From positions 1 through 12,846 of the forward strand of contig CAXTTL010000138.1 of NCBI GenBank assembly GCA_964247135.1: DNA of 12,846 nucleotides, given 5' to 3'. The position numbers were made by a program, and so were the translations under genes. The notes under the pieces were generated by a model. It had not been told where the DNA came from, did no database searches, and saw only the letters and a list, made by a program, of their open reading frames with translations. Below are positions 7,107 through 12,846 of the stretch, piece after piece; positions within the stretch are counted from its first letter, which is position 1; each line of letters begins with the position of its first letter. This stretch comes from an uncultured Deinococcales bacterium (GTDB lineage: Bacteria; Deinococcota; Deinococci; Deinococcales; JAAFIG01).

Positions 7107-8006
7107 GTGACCACCGCAACCGCACCATCAGAAAGAAAAGCCCAACTCGAGACACCGAGTGCCCAGATTTGGCGGCGCTTTCGCGCCTCGAGTCCAGGAA
7201 AAGTGGGCGGCATCATTGTGCTGGTGTTTATTGTGCTGGCGCTGCTCGCACCAATCTTAAAACCCTATGATGCCTTCAAAGACCGCTCGTACCTGGACCG
7301 TTTAACCCCGCCCAGCATCACGCACATTTTCGGCACGGACAACCTCGGGCGCGACGTGGCAACACGGGTTTTGCACGGTTCGAGAATCTCGTTGCAGGTC
7401 GGTTTGATTTCGGTGTCATTGGCGGCGGTGGTCGGAACGCTGCTCGGTTTGGTCGCCGGTTTTTTCCGTGGTCGGGTGGATGCTGGCATCGATTGGGGCA
7501 CGAACATTCTGCTGGCATTTCCTGGCACGCTGCTTGCCATTGCCATCGTCGCCGTGCGCGGACCTGGTTTGACCAACACCATGCTCGCCATTTCGGTCAC
7601 GCAAATTCCAGTCTACGTTCGGATTGCGCGGTCGATGGTTTACAGCCTGCGCGAACAAGATTTCATTCACGCCGCCGAAGCGCTCGGCGCCTCGAGTTGG
7701 CGGCAAATGTTGGTTCATGTGCTGCCCAACGGTTTAAGCCCGCTGATCGTTCAGAGCACCCTGACCATCGGCACGGCGACGCTCGAGGCGGCGGCACTGG
7801 GTTTTCTGGGTTTGGGGGCGCAACCCCCACAACCCGAATGGGGTACGATGATCGCCGATGCCTTCCAGATTGGCGTGGCAACCACCGCGCCGTGGACGAT
7901 GATTTTTCCTGGTTTGGCGATTTTGCTGACCGTGCTCGGGTTTAATTTGCTGGGTGACGGTTTGCGCGATGCGCTCGATCCAAAATCGCAACGCGCCGCC
8001 AAGTAG
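7107..8006 (+). CDS. Peptide ABC transporter permease (DppC/OppC-like)
   Basis: Motifs HIFGTDNLGRD, GSRISL, FIHAAEALGAS (EAA loop), HVLPN, LGFLGLGAQPPQPEWG and FNLLGDGLRDALDP. Confidence 0.95.
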   Translation: MTTATAPSERKAQLETPSAQIWRRFRASSPGKVGGIIVLVFIVLALLAPILKPYDAFKDRSYLDRLTPPSITHIFGTDNLGRDVATRVLHGSRISLQVGLISVSLAAVVGTLLGLVAGFFRGRVDAGIDWGTNILLAFPGTLLAIAIVAVRGPGLTNTMLAISVTQIPVYVRIARSMVYSLREQDFIHAAEALGASSWRQMLVHVLPNGLSPLIVQSTLTIGTATLEAAALGFLGLGAQPPQPEWGTMIADAFQIGVATTAPWTMIFPGLAILLTVLGFNLLGDGLRDALDPKSQRAAK

Positions 8007-8028
8007 GGGCGAGGCACGCCTCGCCCCT
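8003..8028. repeat. GTAG-type REP-like palindrome filling a convergent junction; probable bidirectional terminator
   Basis: GT-AGGGGCGAGGC-AC-GCCTCGCCCCT is a perfect 11-bp inverted repeat. It spans from the dppC-like stop (TAG 8004-8006) to the stop of the convergent gene (8029-8031). Confidence 0.7.
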
Positions 8029-9135
8029 TTAACGCTCGCCCTGCAATGCCTTCCAAGGATTCGTGAGCGGACTCGAGCCTTTGACATAACCTGTCAACTC
8101 CATGTACCCCACCCCCCTGGTCGTTCCCGTCACATTAACTGCGCCCTCATAATAATTAAAACCCGTGGTCGCTCGAGCTTCAACCTCTTGATTGTCGGTC
8201 ACGGCGCGAATCGTTAAAATCGTGCCATCCTCGAGTCGCAGGCTCCATTTGGTCGGGTACTTGCCACCCGTGGCGGGTGAAGTCCAAGTGTCCCAGGGTT
8301 GAAACCTGAAATTGCGCAGTTCGGTGCTTTTGCCCTCGCCGCTGGTGATGCTGATAAAGCGGTCGCTCGGTTCGTTTTTGGCGTTTTTCACAATGTAAAT
8401 CATCATGTCGCGCCCATCCTCGAGTTGCAGGCTCATCCAGTCCCAGTTCGGATTGATGCTGGCGCTGCCATCGCCCGTTGGCGTTCCCCATTGATGGTCA
8501 AACCAGACGATGCCCGTGACAGGTTCGCCATTTAATGTTCCCGTGACTTTGAGCCGTGTGGCGCTGTAATAATACATTCGTCCAGTCTCGAGATTGCCGC
8601 TCCAACCAGGACCATGCACGACTTCGGGACGCAGCGGCTCGAGGTCGAGTTGAAGTGTATCCTGTCCGTTGTTGCTCGAGTTGACGGTGTAATGCCCATT
8701 TTGCTCGCGGGTCATGCGCCAATCGCCCAAATGCACGTCCATGCGGGTTTCGCTGGCGGCGGCATCGGTCACCCGAATCTTGGGGTTTTTGACAAACGGT
8801 AAGGTGCTACGTTCGCTGCTCGAGAAACTGCCAGAGGTTTTGTCCAGAAGGCTGTAATGTCCAAAGTAAAAGGCTTGCGGTAAAATGCTGGCTGCCGAAA
8901 TTAAACCGATTTTGCTGTCCTCGGGAATAAAAACTTGAAAAATCGCGGCGGCAAAACCTTTTTTGGCGCCGGACCCCGTCTCGAGATGACCGTTCATGTA
9001 CCACCACTCGACGGCGCTGCGATGGGCGCCCTGGTCGGCAATCGGGTCGGGTTTGCGCTCAATAAATCCCTCGAGTTGCCTGACTGGAGCACAGGACATG
9101 AGCAGCATTAACAGCAGCAAAACGCTTCTTTTCAT
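8029..9135 (-). CDS. Lipocalin-like / AttH-CrtC family (predicted secreted hydrolase) lipoprotein
   Basis: Lipoprotein-type signal MKRSVLLLLMLLMS-C. Family motifs: EWWYMNGHL, YYYSATRL, WFDHQWG, WDWMSLQL, WTSPATGGKYP, YYEG and GYMELTGY. Confidence 0.85.
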   Translation of the reverse strand: MKRSVLLLLMLLMSCAPVRQLEGFIERKPDPIADQGAHRSAVEWWYMNGHLETGSGAKKGFAAAIFQVFIPEDSKIGLISAASILPQAFYFGHYSLLDKTSGSFSSSERSTLPFVKNPKIRVTDAAASETRMDVHLGDWRMTREQNGHYTVNSSNNGQDTLQLDLEPLRPEVVHGPGWSGNLETGRMYYYSATRLKVTGTLNGEPVTGIVWFDHQWGTPTGDGSASINPNWDWMSLQLEDGRDMMIYIVKNAKNEPSDRFISITSGEGKSTELRNFRFQPWDTWTSPATGGKYPTKWSLRLEDGTILTIRAVTDNQEVEARATTGFNYYEGAVNVTGTTRGVGYMELTGYVKGSSPLTNPWKALQGER

Positions 9136-9141
9136 GGTTTG

Positions 9142-9147
9142 AGTTTA
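9142..9147 (-). promoter_or_regulatory. -10 box TAAACT, probable leaderless promoter
   Basis: The minus strand reads TAAACT-caaacc-ATG(9135): 6 nt spacing and no SD. Confidence 0.6.
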
Positions 9148-9213
9148 TCCAAAATTCGCAAAGTCATTCGTACTCGAGGCTGGGATTTTTGTTGGTCAGC
9201 GGTTTGAATCGTG

Positions 9214-9219
9214 TAAACT
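9214..9219 (+). promoter_or_regulatory. -10 box TAAACT, probable leaderless promoter
   Basis: TAAACT-gtgaggc-GTG(9227): 7 nt spacing. Confidence 0.55.
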
Positions 9220-9226
9220 GTGAGGC

Positions 9227-10699
9227 GTGAAAGCGTTACTTTTCGCCATTGTTTTGGCGCTCGGATTCTCGAGTGCGCTGGCTGGAAGTTACACGGTTCA
9301 GCCCAAGGACACGTTGTACAGCATTGCGAAAAAATTTAACCTCAGTGTTGAGGAATTGCAAAAACGCAATCAATTGACGGGCAACAGCGTCAACGTTGGG
9401 CAGGTTTTGATGGTGCCCGACCCGCAAAAAGTTCATGTGGTGGCTGCCAAAGAGACTTTGTTTTCAATCGCCAAAAAATATGGCGTTTCGGTTCAGGCGA
9501 TGCTCGAGGCAAACAAACTGAACACGCCTGAACTTAAAATTGGGCAGCGTTTGCTGATTCCAAACTCGATTGTGCCTCGATCTGGCATTCAAGCCTCGAG
9601 CAATCCTGCAAAGCCTCCAGCCTCGAGTCCACCTTCAAAACCAAGCTCGGGCACGCCCCCAAAACTTCCCACCCTCGCCACCGCGCCCAAACCGCAAATC
9701 TCGAGCACGGTTGAGAAGCCAAGCTCGAGCGGAGTAGTCAAACCACCAAAACCTGAAGTGGCGCCTACCAAACCTGAAATTGTAGCGGTGAAACCAAATT
9801 CGGTGGTTGCGCCGCCAATGCCAAACTCGGGTGTGACCAATCCTGAGGTTGCGGTTGCGCCACCAACAAATGCCTCGAGCCTGCCAGCCAGACCGAGCAC
9901 GCCAGCCACGCTGAAACCTCCGACCACTGGCAATGTCAAACCCTCAACCTCGAGCGCCAACACGGGTACGGTGCTGCCCAATGCTCGAGGGTCGGATGCG
10001 CCCATTGTCGTGCCAGTTTTAAAAACCGCGCCGATGCCAAACCTCAGCACGCCGCCAACCGCGCCAGTCATCACCAGTACGGTGGTTGATACAGGCACCA
10101 GCCTCCCAGTCGAACAACCACTGCCCGAAGCCAGCAGCGACGCACCAGAACTGTTTTATACGGTGCTGGCGGGAGAAACGCTGTACCGCATCGCGCTACG
10201 TTACAAAGTCAGTATTGAAAGCATCCGCGCCGCCAACGACCTGACCAGCGACGCGATCAGTGCTGGACAACGCATCAAGATTCCGATGGCTGCCACGGCT
10301 GCGATAGCGCCACCCAGCAAAAGCCCACAAGGGATTTCTGAAATTTCCCAGCGGTATTTGGGTGTGACCTACCGTTACGGCGGCACAGACCCGAGCGCTG
10401 GACTCGATTGCAGCGGTTTTGTGCAAATCGTTTTTGCCGAACTGGGTTTAAAGTTGCCGCGCACCAGCGCCCTGCAATTTCAGGCGGGCATCGAGGTCGC
10501 TCGAGAAAACTTGCAGGAGGGCGATCTGGTGTTTTTTGACACCACCGGGCGCGGGGTCAGTCACGTTGGAATTTACCTCAGAGACAATCAATTTATCCAC
10601 GCCGCCAGCAATCCTGGCAAAGTCACGATCTCGAGCCTGACCGAAAAATACTGGCAACCCAAATACCTCGGGGCGCGTCGGGTGCTGACCGATGACTGA
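9227..10699 (+). CDS. LysM x3 + NlpC/P60 (C40) peptidoglycan endopeptidase
   Basis: Signal peptide; LysM repeats [32 protein letters not shown] and [16 protein letters not shown]; a long Pro/Ser/Thr linker; and NlpC/P60 motifs YRYGG..GLDCSG, GDLVFF, SHVGIY and FIHA. Confidence 0.95.
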   Translation: MKALLFAIVLALGFSSALAGSYTVQPKDTLYSIAKKFNLSVEELQKRNQLTGNSVNVGQVLMVPDPQKVHVVAAKETLFSIAKKYGVSVQAMLEANKLNTPELKIGQRLLIPNSIVPRSGIQASSNPAKPPASSPPSKPSSGTPPKLPTLATAPKPQISSTVEKPSSSGVVKPPKPEVAPTKPEIVAVKPNSVVAPPMPNSGVTNPEVAVAPPTNASSLPARPSTPATLKPPTTGNVKPSTSSANTGTVLPNARGSDAPIVVPVLKTAPMPNLSTPPTAPVITSTVVDTGTSLPVEQPLPEASSDAPELFYTVLAGETLYRIALRYKVSIESIRAANDLTSDAISAGQRIKIPMAATAAIAPPSKSPQGISEISQRYLGVTYRYGGTDPSAGLDCSGFVQIVFAELGLKLPRTSALQFQAGIEVARENLQEGDLVFFDTTGRGVSHVGIYLRDNQFIHAASNPGKVTISSLTEKYWQPKYLGARRVLTDD

Positions 10700-11246
10700 A
10701 TGGAGCATTTCAACCGAGCGTTTAAAGTTACGTCAATTCAAAAAATCCGATCTGGCGGCGTTGTTGGCATACCGTAACGATCCCGAAGTTTCTCGCTATC
10801 AGGGTTGGGGTTCAAGTTACTCGAGCGAACAAGCCAGCCAATTCATCGCCCAGATGTCCACCCGAGAGGCGGGGCAAATCGACTGGACGCAACTTGCCGT
10901 TCAGTTGAAATCCACAGGCGCAACCATTGGCGACGTTGCCCTCAACAGCCTCGAGTTTGAACCCAAGGGCGCCATGATCGGTTACACGCTGGCTCGAGAA
11001 CACTGGGGTCAAGGCTACGCGATTGAAGCCGTGAACGCCACCTTAAAACACTGTTTTGAAGACCTCCACATGCACCGCATTCGCGCCAACTGCGACACCA
11101 GAAATGTTGCCTCATGGCGTTTGCTCGAGAAAATCGGTTTCAGGCGCGAGGCACATTTTATTGAAAGTTACTTTGAGCATGAAAGCTGGTGTGACGAGTT
11201 TGAATACGCACTGCTCGAGCGTGAATGGTTTGGGTTGAAACGGTGA
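10692..11246 (+). CDS. GNAT family N-acetyltransferase (RimJ/RimL-like)
   Basis: Motifs [25 protein letters not shown] and [17 protein letters not shown]. The 8-nt overlap (ATGACTGA) with the upstream stop implies translational coupling. Confidence 0.92.
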   Translation: MTEWSISTERLKLRQFKKSDLAALLAYRNDPEVSRYQGWGSSYSSEQASQFIAQMSTREAGQIDWTQLAVQLKSTGATIGDVALNSLEFEPKGAMIGYTLAREHWGQGYAIEAVNATLKHCFEDLHMHRIRANCDTRNVASWRLLEKIGFRREAHFIESYFEHESWCDEFEYALLEREWFGLKR

Positions 11247-11248
11247 TG

Positions 11249-11275
11249 GTTGGGGCGCATGGCAATGCGTCCTGC
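11249..11275. repeat. Degenerate REP-like palindrome / hairpin after the GNAT gene
   Basis: GTT-GGGGCGCAT-GGCA-ATGCGTCCT-GC forms a 9-bp stem with two G-U pairs. It resembles a decayed GTAGGGGCGCAT...ATGCGCCCCTAC element. Confidence 0.5.
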
Positions 11276-11322
11276 CGGAAATTCAAATTGGATGGTTCGA
11301 GGTTTGATATTCTTTTGCAAGC

Positions 11323-11331
11323 TGTTAAACT
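11323..11331 (+). promoter_or_regulatory. Extended -10 box TGtTAAACT, probable leaderless promoter
   Basis: TG-n-TAAACT followed by 6 nt (tccccc) and then GTG 11338; no SD. Confidence 0.62.
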
Positions 11332-11337
11332 TCCCCC

Positions 11338-12171
11338 GTGACTTGGAAACCTTACGAAGAAGTGTACGGCACCAAACATACGGTAGTGGGCGATGTCCGC
11401 GTTTGGCAGAAAGTCTCGGGTTCTGGTTTGGCAGCGCGGAACATTCTGGTTTACTTGCCGCCAAATTACGATTCCCAAACTCGAGATTACCCAGTGCTGT
11501 ACATGCACGATGGACAAAATATTTTTGATGACCTGACCGCCTATGCTGGCGAGTGGGGTGTGGATGAAACGGCGCAAAGTTTGGCGGCTCGAGGTTTGCC
11601 GTGCATTGTTGTGGGCATTCCCAACGGGGGAGAGGCGCGTCTGGACGAGTACGGACCCTGGGAGGACGAACGCTTAAAGCAGCATTCGGCGACTGGACAG
11701 GGTGGGCGGGCGCTCGAGTACCTGACATTTTTGCTCGGCAACGTCAAACCGCTGGTGGACTCCAGCTTCCGCACCTCAAGGCTGAGAAGTCAAACGGGTA
11801 TCTCAGGCTCGTCGATGGGCGGTCTGGTGAGCCTCTGGGCGGCACTCGAAGCCCGCGAGACGTTCGGGTTTTGCGCGGCGCTCTCCTCGAGCTTCTGGCT
11901 GGGTGGAAAACTCGAGGCATTTGTGGCGGCTCGGGTGGCGCCAGATTTAAGAATTTATTTGGATGTGGGCGGCAAGGAAAGCAGCCTCAAAGCCCAGCAA
12001 AACGCTTACCTCAAATCCAACCGCAAAATGCGCGACCTGCTCGAGTCTCAAGGCTACGATCTGGTGTACCTCGAGGATGCCAACGGCATTCACAACGAAG
12101 CCGATTGGCGGCGGCGCTTTCCTGCGGCGCTCGAATGGTTTTTAGACCCAAGCAAACGCCCCAAGTTGTAA
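11338..12171 (+). CDS. Alpha/beta hydrolase (putative esterase family)
   Basis: Motifs VYLPPNY...YPVLYMHDGQNIFD, nucleophile elbow GSSMGG, IYLDVGGKE and catalytic His in HNEADW. Confidence 0.92.
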   Translation: MTWKPYEEVYGTKHTVVGDVRVWQKVSGSGLAARNILVYLPPNYDSQTRDYPVLYMHDGQNIFDDLTAYAGEWGVDETAQSLAARGLPCIVVGIPNGGEARLDEYGPWEDERLKQHSATGQGGRALEYLTFLLGNVKPLVDSSFRTSRLRSQTGISGSSMGGLVSLWAALEARETFGFCAALSSSFWLGGKLEAFVAARVAPDLRIYLDVGGKESSLKAQQNAYLKSNRKMRDLLESQGYDLVYLEDANGIHNEADWRRRFPAALEWFLDPSKRPKL

Positions 12172-12181
12172 GGAGTTTTCT

Positions 12182-12846
12182 GTGAGTGTCATCAGCTTTT
12201 TGCAAGATTTAATCCGTATCCAAAGCCTGCCCAAACAAGAGTCCGCCATCGCCGCTCGGGTCTTGATTGAATACCGCAAACTCGGTTTTGACGAAGCCTG
12301 GAAAGACCAGTACGGCAACGTTTTTGGTTTGGTGCGCGGAATTGAAGCTGGCGCGGGCTGGTTGCTGTTAACGCATTTGGACCATGTCGATGTGGGCGAT
12401 CAGGCGCAGTGGCAGCATCCGCCGTTTGCAGGAATTCTCGAGGACGGCGTTGTTCATGGACGCGGTGCGGTGGACATCAAAGGACCGCTGGCGGCGCAAA
12501 CCTACACGCTTTCCAGAATGCTCGAGCGCAAATTAAAACCCAAACGCAACGTGATCTTGTGCGTTCCCGCCGAGGAGGAAACCGGCGGCGAGGGCATCGC
12601 ATTTGTGACCGCCAACCTGCCCATCGAAACACCGCAACACGAAAAGCTCGAGATTGGGGCGTGCATCGTTGGCGAACCCAGTTCCAACCGTGTGATGCTC
12701 GGACACCGTGGCATTTGCCGCTCGACCGTGTCGTTTCACGGTCGCGCCCATCATGCAAGCTTGGCATTAAAGGACGAAAATCCGCATTACCAACTGGCGC
12801 AATTTTTGACGCGGCTGTACAACCTCAAGTTGCCCACCCATCCCAT
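12182..12846 (+). CDS. M20/M25/M40 family metallopeptidase (ArgE/DapE/YgeY-like), 3'-truncated
   Basis: Absent from the ORF track because it has no stop in the window. My translation from GTG 12182 (AGGAG SD overlapping the upstream TAA) is MSVISFLQDLIRIQS...LTHLDHV...HGRGAVDIKG...AEEETGG...VGEPS...GHRG...HGRAHHAS, which contains the M20 metal-binding motifs. Confidence 0.92.
   Translation, partial: MSVISFLQDLIRIQSLPKQESAIAARVLIEYRKLGFDEAWKDQYGNVFGLVRGIEAGAGWLLLTHLDHVDVGDQAQWQHPPFAGILEDGVVHGRGAVDIKGPLAAQTYTLSRMLERKLKPKRNVILCVPAEEETGGEGIAFVTANLPIETPQHEKLEIGACIVGEPSSNRVMLGHRGICRSTVSFHGRAHHASLALKDENPHYQLAQFLTRLYNLKLPTHP

Larger units (their letters stand above)
45..12652. repeat. Highly iterated palindrome CTCGAG (about 94 dispersed copies)
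   Basis: Manual count of about 94 exact copies, first at 45-50 and last at 12647-12652. About 3-4 are expected from base composition. Confidence 0.95.

Noticed and set aside
45-12652. CTCGAG repeats as a CRISPR array, tandem repeat or cloning scars
   Set aside because: Only 6 bp are conserved, spacing is irregular, the sites lie within intact natural reading frames, and there are no cas genes or vector sequence.
12477-12767. Short minus-strand ORFs at the window end
   Set aside because: They are antisense to the clearly recognisable M20 peptidase on the + strand.

Overview
Gene-dense bacterial window of mid-50s % GC (estimated by eye). It is most likely from a Deinococcota-like genome; this is inferred from several TAAACT -10 boxes placed directly before start codons (leaderless architecture) and from gene content. 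In order it encodes: a 5'-truncated DUF4139-type protein; a degenerate SARP/BTAD-like + TPR protein; a minus-strand JAB/MPN metalloprotease + MOSC(YiiM) pair; a dipeptide/oligopeptide ABC transporter (SBP + two permeases, no ATPase); an AttH/CrtC-like lipocalin-fold lipoprotein; a 3xLysM-NlpC/P60 endopeptidase; a RimJ/RimL GNAT; an alpha/beta esterase; and a 3'-truncated M20 peptidase that the ORF track missed. The most striking signal is not a gene. The palindrome CTCGAG occurs about 94 times by manual count (about 1 per 137 bp, versus about 3-4 expected). It falls in all three reading frames and in intergenic DNA, and it visibly biases codon choice, like a HIP1-type highly iterated palindrome. 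Three GTAG-type REP-like palindromes and four identical leaderless-type -10 boxes are also visible.
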